Source of the DNA: a candidate division WOR-3 bacterium
Lineage (GTDB): Bacteria; Hydrothermota; Tepidihabitantia; Tepidihabitantales; Tepidihabitantaceae
Assembly: GCA_965649295.1 (NCBI GenBank)
Contig: CBFGKH010000009.1
Coordinates: 44,284 to 108,283 of the forward strand
Direction of reading: 5' to 3'
Length of the DNA stretch: 64,000 bases
The translations under genes and the position numbers were made by a program. Below, one piece after another: positions 31,096-39,748 of the stretch; within the stretch, counting starts at the first letter, position 1; each line of letters starts with the position of its first letter. The notes beneath the pieces are model-generated. The model did not search any database, was not told the origin of the DNA, and saw nothing but the letters and a program-made list of their open reading frames with translations.

Positions 31096-32415
31096 ATGGC
31101 TAGTCTGGTTGTTGTCGGCGCTCAGTGGGGTGACGAGGGCAAGGGCAAGGTGGCCGACTTTCTGGCCACTACCGCCGACATGGTGGTGCGCTTCCAGGGT
31201 GGCCCCAATGCCGGGCATACCGTGGCGGTGGGTGATTATGAAGTCACATTCCACCAGATTCCTTCGGGAGTGCTCAACCCGGCGGCGAGGTGTCTGATTG
31301 GCTGCGGCTGTGTCATAGACCCCTTGGCCTTCAATCGGGAGCTGGCAGCGCTAGTGCGGCGCGGGCTGCGGCCGAAAGGGAGACTGGCGGTTGACTTCCG
31401 CACCCATCTTATTCTTCCCTACCACGTTCAACTCGATGGCTGTCGCGAAGCCCAGGCGGGTACGTTGCGGATTGGCACAACCGGTCGTGGCATCGGTCCG
31501 GCCTACGTTGACAAGTTCGCCCGCGTCGGCATCAGAGTCGCTGACTTGCTTACCGAGGAGACGTTTCGGGAAAAGCTGCGCGTCAACATCGCGGCTGCGA
31601 ACTTCTTGCTGATGGAGCGCTACAAGGCCGAACCTTTGTCGTACAAGCAGACCGTGGCCAGCTACTGGCGCTTGACGCGGCCGCTCGCCAGAATGGCGAC
31701 CGATGTAAGCCAAGAGGTTGAAGCGGCCCTGGTCAAAGACCGGCGGGTCCTCTTCGAAGGAGCCCAAGGTATGCACCTCGACATTGACCTTGGCACCTAT
31801 CCTTATGTCACGGCATCGTCGTGCTGGGCAGGTGGGGTGGCGCCGGGGGTCGGGATTAGTCCGGTCTGGATTCGGGACGTGCTCGGCGTTGCCAAGGCCT
31901 ACACGACACGGGTCGGACTCGGTCCTTTCCCGACCGAGATGACTGACGAGGAGTCGGCAAGAATCCGGGATATTGGCCACGAGTATGGTGCGACTACTGG
32001 CAGGCCGCGACGTTGCGGCTGGTTTGATGCTCCGGTTGTTCGGGCCGCGGTCCGCTACAACCGACTGATGGGTCTCGTGATAACGAAGCTGGACGTCCTC
32101 GACAGTTATCCCGAGATTCGGCTATGCCACTCCTATCGAGTCCAGGGTCGTTTGCTAGGCGAGTTCGAGCCCTATCATGCCGGTGTCTATGAGCCGGTCT
32201 ATAGTGTCATGCCGGGCTGGCGGGAGCCAACCAGTCAATGTCGTACCTGGCGTTCGCTGCCCCTTGCCTGCCGACGCTATCTGCGGAAGATTGAAGAACT
32301 GACCGGCTGCCCGATCATTTCGGTTTCGGTTGGTCGGGCGCGCGAACAGACAGTTCTGGTCCAACCCAAGCGACTGAAGTGGTTAGGCGATGGTGCTAGC
32401 CAATGCCGCGGTTAG
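31096..32415 (+). CDS. purA: Adenylosuccinate synthetase
   Basis: GAQWGDEGKGK, NAGHT, IGTTGRGIGPAY, FEGAQG, TTGRPRRCGWFD. Confidence 0.97.
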   Translation: MASLVVVGAQWGDEGKGKVADFLATTADMVVRFQGGPNAGHTVAVGDYEVTFHQIPSGVLNPAARCLIGCGCVIDPLAFNRELAALVRRGLRPKGRLAVDFRTHLILPYHVQLDGCREAQAGTLRIGTTGRGIGPAYVDKFARVGIRVADLLTEETFREKLRVNIAAANFLLMERYKAEPLSYKQTVASYWRLTRPLARMATDVSQEVEAALVKDRRVLFEGAQGMHLDIDLGTYPYVTASSCWAGGVAPGVGISPVWIRDVLGVAKAYTTRVGLGPFPTEMTDEESARIRDIGHEYGATTGRPRRCGWFDAPVVRAAVRYNRLMGLVITKLDVLDSYPEIRLCHSYRVQGRLLGEFEPYHAGVYEPVYSVMPGWREPTSQCRTWRSLPLACRRYLRKIEELTGCPIISVSVGRAREQTVLVQPKRLKWLGDGASQCRG

Positions 32416-32448
32416 ATGAACGTAAGGTCGAGGACTTAGGAGACTAGC

Positions 32449-33117
32449 TTGGCAGAGATAGCGGTCCTGAAAAGAGTATTGGCGTCCAATGATGCTGTCG
32501 CGGCACGGCAGCTTGAGCTGCTGCAACGGAACGGCATTCTGAGCGTGAACCTGATGTCAGGCCCGGGCGCGGGCAAGACCGCGCTCATTGAGAAGACCCT
32601 GGAGAAATTGGCTTCACAATTGCGGATTCACGTAATCGAGGGCGACCTCTGCGGCGATATTGACGCGCGGCGGATTGCGGCAAGGGGTGTGCCTTGTACG
32701 CAAATCAACACTGAGGGCGGATGTCACCTCGATGCTGTCAGCTTGGAACCGGTTATTGCCGAACTGCCATTGGACAGGCTCGACCTGCTGCTGATTGAGA
32801 ATGTCGGGAATCTTGTCTGTCCGGCTGAGTTTGCCATGCCGGCTCAGCGGAACGTTACATTGCTATCGGTAGCCGAAGGTTCGGACAAACCGATCAAGTA
32901 TCCGTACATGTTTGCCAAGTCTGACCTTGTGGTTGTGACCAAGACCGACCTGTTGCCCTACGTGGACTTTGACCTCGCTGCCCTCCGGGATGCGATTGGG
33001 AAGCTCAAACCCGGACTGCGGGTATTGGCTTTGTCGGTGCGGACTGGCGATGGACTGGCAGATTGGCTGGATTGGGTGGTGAAAGAGCGAGCCCTGTTTG
33101 CGCGTACGTCGGTCTAG
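32449..33117 (+). CDS. hypB: Hydrogenase nickel incorporation GTPase HypB
   Basis: GPGAGKT, GGCHLDA, ENVGNLVCPA, DKPIKYP, TKTD. Confidence 0.95.
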   Translation: MAEIAVLKRVLASNDAVAARQLELLQRNGILSVNLMSGPGAGKTALIEKTLEKLASQLRIHVIEGDLCGDIDARRIAARGVPCTQINTEGGCHLDAVSLEPVIAELPLDRLDLLLIENVGNLVCPAEFAMPAQRNVTLLSVAEGSDKPIKYPYMFAKSDLVVVTKTDLLPYVDFDLAALRDAIGKLKPGLRVLALSVRTGDGLADWLDWVVKERALFARTSV

Positions 33118-33916
33118 GTTAGCCCTTGCCTGGCGGTTTCTGCTGGGCGGGCTGGCAGCCATTGCTGGTTGCAGTGTTCCGGTCCTGCAGCCATCCCAGC
33201 CAGTCTCGGTACTGGCCGAAACCTACTTGTCTTCGCCGGTAGTTGACATCTGCGTTGATGGCAAGTCAGTGTTGGCACTTGATGTCGGCGGCGGCAGGTT
33301 GCTGCGCTTTACTCCTGAACTACTGCCGGTTGATACGGTTGTTCTGCCCCAACGGGTTGTGAACGCACGCGGGTGTGCTAGCGACCGGGCTTACTTCTAT
33401 CTCTGGAACGACCACAACCTCTACCGGCTGCAGCGAGCAGCCGACAGCCTTGCCCTCTGGCTGGGGAATGTTCGGCTGGCCGGAATCGCTTCCTATGGGG
33501 TCGGCGAAGCCCTGGTTGCCGATGCCCAGCAGGGAGCAGTATTTCTCAAGACAGTTTTCGGAGCGAGCCGTCGCTTCCTCCCGGCCGCCGACCTGCCCCG
33601 GCCCGGTCCAATGGCGGCACTATCGTCCGATGAGTTCTGTGCCCTAAGCGGAACGACACGCCTAGTCTTTTTCAATCGAACCGGCGCTGTCCTGCGCGAA
33701 ATGAAGCTGCCCACTAGCTGCAATCTGCTCGCAACCGCCAACGGCAACATCTATGTCGCAAGGAGCGGGGCTGGCGAAGTCTTCCGGCTGGCTGGGGGCA
33801 AGTTTCTGAGAATCCTCTTGCCCGAGGGTGTGAGACCGGAACGGATTGTTGCAATCGAGGATCGGCTCATCGTCCTGACTGCGGGCTGGCGACTGGTTGC
33901 GCTGTCGGCCCGCTAG
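33098..33916 (+). CDS. Putative lipoprotein, beta-propeller-like
   Basis: Lipobox-like IAGC after a hydrophobic stretch; in-operon ORF. Confidence 0.6.
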   Translation: MRVRRSRLALAWRFLLGGLAAIAGCSVPVLQPSQPVSVLAETYLSSPVVDICVDGKSVLALDVGGGRLLRFTPELLPVDTVVLPQRVVNARGCASDRAYFYLWNDHNLYRLQRAADSLALWLGNVRLAGIASYGVGEALVADAQQGAVFLKTVFGASRRFLPAADLPRPGPMAALSSDEFCALSGTTRLVFFNRTGAVLREMKLPTSCNLLATANGNIYVARSGAGEVFRLAGGKFLRILLPEGVRPERIVAIEDRLIVLTAGWRLVALSAR

Positions 33917-33927
33917 TTCGCGGCGCG

Positions 33928-36900
33928 TTGGTGAACATTTCGGTGCTACTTGTTTTGCTAGCGACTGCCGCTCGTGTTCAACCCGGCGTTCTATGCTCGG
34001 TAGTGACGCTAGGTGATGGCGTCACTCGTGTCTTTGAGTTCCAGCACTCGCTGGTTGTCGAGGGTTCAGAATCGATCTATCTCGGAGACCGGGTTCTTGA
34101 CAGTACTGAATACCTCGTTGACTATCATCGCGGGCTAGTTGTATTGACCAGCGCTCCGCCATTGTGGTCCCTTTTGGTTCTCACCTATCGTAGCCTGCAG
34201 CCGCTGCTGGGTAGCAGCGACAGGGTCTATCAATCGCGGCCGATGGTGGTGGGGATCGCGGCGGCGACCCCTGAGAGCAGTGTCGCAACTGGTTCTGAGG
34301 TCACGGTGGTGAGTGAGGAATCGGCCGAGCCAGGGCTCGTTGTCAGCGGGACCAAGTCACTGGGCGTTTCGTTGGGTTCGGCTGGCGGCATTGAGCAGTC
34401 CACGCGGCTGACGGTCAGCGGCAGAGTCGAGGGCGTTGATGTGGCAGCAGAGCTTAGTGACGCGGCAGTCGGGATCCCAGCGGAAGGAATGTCGCAGCGT
34501 GTTGATGAGTTTGACCGACTGCTGCTCCAGCTTCGGGGACGGCATTGGCGAGCGACAATGGGCGACATAGACATGATGCTGCCGGCTGGAGGATTTGGTA
34601 GTATCAGACGGCGCGTCGTTGGTGCCCGGGCCGGCGTGGACCTGTTGCGGACAGAGATGACAGCACACTACGCCATGCCCAAAGGCAGGTCAGGCTATCT
34701 GGCGATTAGTGGTGAAGATGGGGTTCAGGGGCCCTATGTCCTCGCTGTTGAGGGGAGGGAGGCAACGATCGTTGCTGGCAGCGAGCAGGTCTGGCTTGAC
34801 GGCGAGAAACTCGAGCGCGGTTGGGACGCCGATTACACCATTGATTACTCAACCGGTGAGGTTTTCTTCACAAGCCGTCGGCAGATTAGTCGGTCTTCAC
34901 GCATCGAAATCAGCTACCAAACTGCCACAACCGATTACGTTCGCTCAAGTGTCGCTGGCACAGCAACTGCCACGTCTGGACCGTTTCGGCTTGGTGTCTT
35001 GCTCTTTCGCGAGGAAGATGACACCAGGCGGCCGACATTCGGAGAGCTAACCGAATCAGAAAAAAGGCGGCTGGCTTCAGTTACAGCCGATTCCGGTTTT
35101 GCCTGGTTTGACGGAGGAGTCTATGTCGGTCCTGGCAAGGGCGAGTATCAGCGAGACAGCAGCAGTTATCGGTATGTCGGTGCGGGTGCGGGTGAATACC
35201 GAGTTACATTCACGGCGGTCGCTGACTCTGCCGGTGACTATGTCTATGATGACTCGCTGCTGGCCTGGCGCTACGTCGGGGCGGGCCAGGGTAACTATGT
35301 TGCCCGCAAGCGCGTCGCTCTGCCCGAGCGGCGTGAACTGGGTGTGGCAACGGTTGCGCTTAGCCAGGGACTCTGGTCAACGGCAATTGACTTTGGGATA
35401 ACCGGGGCCCGTCATAACCTCTTTTCGACCACGGCTGCGGCGGTTGTGGCCGGGGCGCTCAATGTTGACGTGGTCTGGGGCGACTCGACCCGCAGCATCA
35501 GTTATTCGCGCCGAATGGCTGGCAGAGGATTCAGGTTTCCGGGCGAGACCCCAGAAATTGACTTCCCTTGGCGTTGGGGTGGAATTGGGGCCTCGGCGCG
35601 CCAGGCCGGCGATGAGGTCAAGCTGTTCGTCAGACCGGCTCCCGGGGTTCGGATTCTGGCTGAGGCAGGTAGGCTGCAATGCAGTGATGCGAGTTCGGTT
35701 CTGCGTTACTCAGGGAATCTCGAACTGGGTGTTGTCAGGTTGTCAGGGACAAGCGTTGGCGCAACGAGTCGAGCCGAGGCGAGCATTGCACCCCGATTGG
35801 GTAGCCTTCTGCCGTCATTGGGTTGGCGAATTGTTGCCAGTGATACTGGGCGTGAGGATCATCTGCTGACCGGTATCGCTACGAGACAGGCCGGCTTCAA
35901 CACGGCATTTGATATTGACTATTCTTTCGAGAGGTTCAATGCTGACACATCACTGCGTAACGCCGCTACTCTGGCACGCGGTCGGGTTGAGTGGCAGCCA
36001 AGTGACGCGTATCGGACGACGCTGGCGGCTACGTACAACAGTCGGTCGGCAGTAACCGCGAGCAGCGCCGAGGGAAACCGAGTCGGCATCAGCCTTAGTA
36101 TCTTCGCGGCACCGCGACCGGGTGTCCGGTTTACTTTCGACGGCGAGCAGGCTGGACGCCGCGTGCAGCTACGCGATGAGACTTTCAGTTACGTCGGGAC
36201 TGGCCGGGGAGCTTACCGCCGCGATTCAGCTACAGGCCGTTTCTTCCCCGATTCCCTGGGTGGCTACGAACGCGTGCTGGTTCCTTCCGGGCGAACGACA
36301 CTGGCCCGTGAGTTGACGGCCAACGGTTCAATCGAGCTGAGTCAAGTTTGGCCTGTGACCGTGCAAGGTTCGTTCAGTCATCTGGCAACGGTAACCGACA
36401 CCGGTGTGCTTCGCCGGTTGCTGGCGATAGATCTAAGAATGGCGCTTGCTGATGCCGATTGGCCCCTGACACCGGCACTTGGCACTGCTTATGACATGAC
36501 TGAGGATCAGTTGGTAGCGGCTACAGGGACGTGTTCCCGGCGAGCGCGGGCTTGGGTTGAGGTCTACGGAGAAGAGTTCGGTCCGTTTAGTAGCCGGGTT
36601 CGAATTGAAGGCGCGCATGAACGAGTTGGAGGAACGATTGCCGAGCGTAATGATGACATCGGTAGAGTCGAGATCAGCCCGGTGCTCCGATTGTTACGTC
36701 TAGAACTACCAGTCGGGATAGAATGGCGCAGGGTGGAGCTGCCGAGAAGGCATCCGGAGCTAGGTACATTTGGTGTTTGGGCTGTTCGTGCGGGACTGGC
36801 TCGGAGTTTATTCATTCAGGAGCGCGGGCGTGTACGGGGTTCGTTGGAACTGTTGCGAAGGCTGGCGACTATTCCTGTTATGCCATATGAGGTTGCGATG

Positions 36901-37053
36901 AGCGAACCTACCGGTTGGCTGCCCAGCGCCACGATTGAGGCTTCATACGCAATATCGAAGGTCCTATCGGCTTCGGCCCGTTACTCATATCGGAAGCGAC
37001 CCGACCGGCCGTCTGAGCACGGATTGGGGGCCGAGCTGCGAGCCGATTTCTAG
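33928..37053 (+). CDS. Large outer-membrane protein
   Basis: 1041 aa, signal peptide, two GSE..(W/Y)L.....L.....Y.(I/V)DY..G modules, beta-rich C-terminal half ending in Phe. Confidence 0.75.
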   Translation: MVNISVLLVLLATAARVQPGVLCSVVTLGDGVTRVFEFQHSLVVEGSESIYLGDRVLDSTEYLVDYHRGLVVLTSAPPLWSLLVLTYRSLQPLLGSSDRVYQSRPMVVGIAAATPESSVATGSEVTVVSEESAEPGLVVSGTKSLGVSLGSAGGIEQSTRLTVSGRVEGVDVAAELSDAAVGIPAEGMSQRVDEFDRLLLQLRGRHWRATMGDIDMMLPAGGFGSIRRRVVGARAGVDLLRTEMTAHYAMPKGRSGYLAISGEDGVQGPYVLAVEGREATIVAGSEQVWLDGEKLERGWDADYTIDYSTGEVFFTSRRQISRSSRIEISYQTATTDYVRSSVAGTATATSGPFRLGVLLFREEDDTRRPTFGELTESEKRRLASVTADSGFAWFDGGVYVGPGKGEYQRDSSSYRYVGAGAGEYRVTFTAVADSAGDYVYDDSLLAWRYVGAGQGNYVARKRVALPERRELGVATVALSQGLWSTAIDFGITGARHNLFSTTAAAVVAGALNVDVVWGDSTRSISYSRRMAGRGFRFPGETPEIDFPWRWGGIGASARQAGDEVKLFVRPAPGVRILAEAGRLQCSDASSVLRYSGNLELGVVRLSGTSVGATSRAEASIAPRLGSLLPSLGWRIVASDTGREDHLLTGIATRQAGFNTAFDIDYSFERFNADTSLRNAATLARGRVEWQPSDAYRTTLAATYNSRSAVTASSAEGNRVGISLSIFAAPRPGVRFTFDGEQAGRRVQLRDETFSYVGTGRGAYRRDSATGRFFPDSLGGYERVLVPSGRTTLARELTANGSIELSQVWPVTVQGSFSHLATVTDTGVLRRLLAIDLRMALADADWPLTPALGTAYDMTEDQLVAATGTCSRRARAWVEVYGEEFGPFSSRVRIEGAHERVGGTIAERNDDIGRVEISPVLRLLRLELPVGIEWRRVELPRRHPELGTFGVWAVRAGLARSLFIQERGRVRGSLELLRRLATIPVMPYEVAMSEPTGWLPSATIEASYAISKVLSASARYSYRKRPDRPSEHGLGAELRADF

Positions 37054-37146
37054 GATCGCGATTCGGCTTGACAGTATCGGATGCGATTGGGTATCTTCTA
37101 CTTGTGACAGGTAGTTCGTCGGTCCAGCCACAGCCAAGAGGAGACG

Positions 37147-37728
37147 GTGATGATGGCAACAAGACATGACTCGGGGCCGCGACCGCTGCGGCGCGGCAAA
37201 AAGACTAACCCCATGCAGCAGTACCTCTTGATCGCCGGAATCTTCGTGGCGCTAATTGTGGTTATGGTGTTGCTGATGACGAGTCGAAAGCCGGCGGCTG
37301 CGCCGAGGGTGGCGACGCGGGTGAAGAGCGAAGAGGGAACAGAGGAGAGCCGCTCGTCGCGGCGTAAGGAAGCGTCTCCCCGCGCTAGTCGAGCACTTCG
37401 ACGTGAGCGCAAGGATAAGGAAGAAGTGCGCGAGCAGCGACGTCGTGAGCGCGAGGAGCGGACAATGGTGCGTCGCAACGAGGAACGGTCGAGCAGACGA
37501 ACCGGTTCCGCTGACTTGAACTCGCGGGTCCGGACGAGCAGTCCGTATCAGTTGCGGGCGATAATGACCGACGAGAGTGGAGTCCGTTATGCGCTGGTTG
37601 GTGACCGTCGATTTCGAGCTGGCGACGATATCGGTGGGCGCAAGCTCGTTGAGATTGGTGTTGACGAGGTGAAGGTAGATAACGGCATCAGCACATACCC
37701 GGTAAAAGTCGGTCAGACAATCTACTAG
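37147..37728 (+). CDS. Single-TM protein with charged linker and GspB/PilP-like C-terminal beta domain
   Basis: One TM helix, R/E-rich region, LRAIM...YALVG......GD.IGG..LVEI...V; GAGGAG SD. Confidence 0.65.
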   Translation: MMMATRHDSGPRPLRRGKKTNPMQQYLLIAGIFVALIVVMVLLMTSRKPAAAPRVATRVKSEEGTEESRSSRRKEASPRASRALRRERKDKEEVREQRRREREERTMVRRNEERSSRRTGSADLNSRVRTSSPYQLRAIMTDESGVRYALVGDRRFRAGDDIGGRKLVEIGVDEVKVDNGISTYPVKVGQTIY

Positions 37729-37746
37729 CGCAGCGGGTCAGACGCG

Positions 37747-38319
37747 GTGAATCGATTAGCCCTGTTGCTGCTGTCATATTCTCTGCTCCTAGGCAACAAT
37801 CTAGTAATCAATGGTGACTTCGAGCTAGACCCAATCGCCAATGGCTGGGTCTTTGAGCGCTGGGGCAATTACCCGGACACTGGCAACTGTCGGTTGCGCT
37901 GGCTTCATAGTCTGAATCCGGACCGCGACTTTGAGGTGATGGTTCAGAAGACGCTCCACCGTGAGGCGCGACTCTCCCAAGTCGTACGGGTGCCAAGCCT
38001 AGAACTCGAGTTCGCTGTCTCCTGTCAGATGTACTGCTCGACACGCAGCGAATCAACATGGACTGCGGCCTGCGTCAATCTTGACTACCTTGACGTTCAG
38101 GATTCAGTCCTTGGTACCACCAGAATCTACAAACCTACCTCTGGCTGTACCTGGGTTAGCGATACGAAGCTTTACTTGATTCGGGTGAATGATACGCTAT
38201 GGCATGACTATCGGATTGATGTCGCTGTCGAGCTGGCGCAACATCTGCTCGGTGTCAATGTTGCTGACATCCGCTCGATCCGAGTAGGGATTGTCGGCTA
38301 TGTTGTAGACGACTGCTGA
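37747..38319 (+). CDS. N-terminal part (signal peptide and CBM-like domain) of a probable single gene 37747-39675 read through TGA
   Basis: NLVINGDFE domain start; ends ..VDDC-TGA in frame with the next ORF. Confidence 0.75.
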   Translation: MNRLALLLLSYSLLLGNNLVINGDFELDPIANGWVFERWGNYPDTGNCRLRWLHSLNPDRDFEVMVQKTLHREARLSQVVRVPSLELEFAVSCQMYCSTRSESTWTAACVNLDYLDVQDSVLGTTRIYKPTSGCTWVSDTKLYLIRVNDTLWHDYRIDVAVELAQHLLGVNVADIRSIRVGIVGYVVDDC

Positions 38320-38367
38320 ATGGGGCGACCAGAGGCGAAGGTCTTCGCCGACAATATTTCGCTCCAT
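38320..38367 (+). promoter_or_regulatory. Candidate bacterial SECIS element
   Basis: Lower stem ATGGGGCGA/TCGCTCCAT; upper stem GGCGAA-GGTC-TTCGCC (38334-38349) with AGGTCT apex, directly 3' of the in-frame TGA. Confidence 0.65.
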
Positions 38368-39675
38368 ACCCGCACCACTCCAAGTTTGGAGTATCGAACG
38401 TTCGAGATTGACGATGCTGGTGGAATAGTCAATGGTAAGCTTGACCCGGGAGAGGAGGCGATACTGCGGTTGGTACTGCAGGCAGGTGGTGGCAGCGTTC
38501 CGGCGACTACTGGCCGACTTTCGAGCCGGTCGAGTTCGCTTGCTGTATTGGATGCGGACGCCGAATTTGGGCCGGTCCTAGCCGGTGAGACGACGGCTTG
38601 TGTGGTCAATCCCTTCCGGGTTAGAGCTTCTCCTACTGCTCCGGTTGAAGAGGCAGCCTGGTGCGACCTAATACTTGCCGGAGATCACTACGATGACACT
38701 GTCTCGGTGCCCGTCATAATTGGCGACTCAATGAATCTGCCGCTTGGGCCAGATAGGTATGGCCATCGTATGTTTGACTACAGCGACTCGGCATACGAGC
38801 AATGTCCTGACTATGACTGGATAGAACTACGGGGAATCGGAACCCGTCTGCCCCTAGGCAACGACGAGACGAGGACGGTGCCGTTACCAGTGCAGTTTGG
38901 CCGATGGTGCTGGTATGGTGTGGCGTACGATTCGATCTCAATTTGCTCTAACGGTTGGATAGCAGCGGGAGTAACGGAACGCCCAGATTTTGTCAATATC
39001 ATTCTGCCCTACAGCGGTTCACCGGCCAACATCCTCGCTTTCCTCTGGTGTGACCTTGACCCGAGTCGCTATGGTGCCATCTGGTATTGGTACGACACAG
39101 CAGGTCATCGGTTCATTGTCGAGTTTGACTCAGTTCCTTACTTTGCTTTGCCGAACAATTGGGAGAAGGTCCAAGTACACATTTACGATGAACATGTTTT
39201 AAGCTCAGGCTGCGACAACCTTGTAACTATTCACTACCAAACCGCAAATGCCTGCAGTCTGATCACAGTTGCTTTTCAGAACAGTGACGGAACCGATGGT
39301 TTGACTCATGTCTGGAATAGCTGGCATCCGCGGGTCAGTGCGCCAATCAGAGCAGGCAGTGCGTTCGGCATTGTAGCAGGGCCATCGGTTGGTGTTGGCA
39401 AACGTCAATCGGCTGAGCCAGCCAGCGGGGGACGGGTGGTTGTTTCTCCAAGCCCGTGTCGGCGCGGCCGACCGGTGTTGTTTAGTCTCTCCGGAGGTAA
39501 TGTACAGACCTTGGAGATTACCGATGGATTGGGGCATCGTGTTGCCCAGCTTCTTTTGAACAAGGGACAGACGACGGTCAGGTGGTGGCCGGTGTCGCTA
39601 CCCAATGGTGTTTATTTTGTTATGTCCAGGACGCCGGGCGCCGTGGAGTGTGAGAAGCTTGTCCTGCTTGAGTGA
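38320..39675 (+). CDS. C-terminal part of the secreted T9SS-type protein (Ig-like and SNGW/nidogen-like module plus CTD)
   Basis: No signal peptide or SD; NGKLDPGE, ICSNGW, V.PSP...GVYFV...KLVLLE CTD. Confidence 0.8.
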   Translation: MGRPEAKVFADNISLHTRTTPSLEYRTFEIDDAGGIVNGKLDPGEEAILRLVLQAGGGSVPATTGRLSSRSSSLAVLDADAEFGPVLAGETTACVVNPFRVRASPTAPVEEAAWCDLILAGDHYDDTVSVPVIIGDSMNLPLGPDRYGHRMFDYSDSAYEQCPDYDWIELRGIGTRLPLGNDETRTVPLPVQFGRWCWYGVAYDSISICSNGWIAAGVTERPDFVNIILPYSGSPANILAFLWCDLDPSRYGAIWYWYDTAGHRFIVEFDSVPYFALPNNWEKVQVHIYDEHVLSSGCDNLVTIHYQTANACSLITVAFQNSDGTDGLTHVWNSWHPRVSAPIRAGSAFGIVAGPSVGVGKRQSAEPASGGRVVVSPSPCRRGRPVLFSLSGGNVQTLEITDGLGHRVAQLLLNKGQTTVRWWPVSLPNGVYFVMSRTPGAVECEKLVLLE

Positions 39676-39748
39676 AGGCCGCAAAAAGTGCTTCGGGGCC
39701 GCTGAGCGAAGTGTGCTCCCAGTTGCGCCGGGTAATCGGTCGCTACGT

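Noticed and set aside
38317..38319. Genome-wide TGA reassignment (code 4/25) as the explanation for the in-frame stop
   Set aside because: Many complete genes here end at TGA at the expected C-terminus (e.g. 2704, 6471, 13862, 14748).
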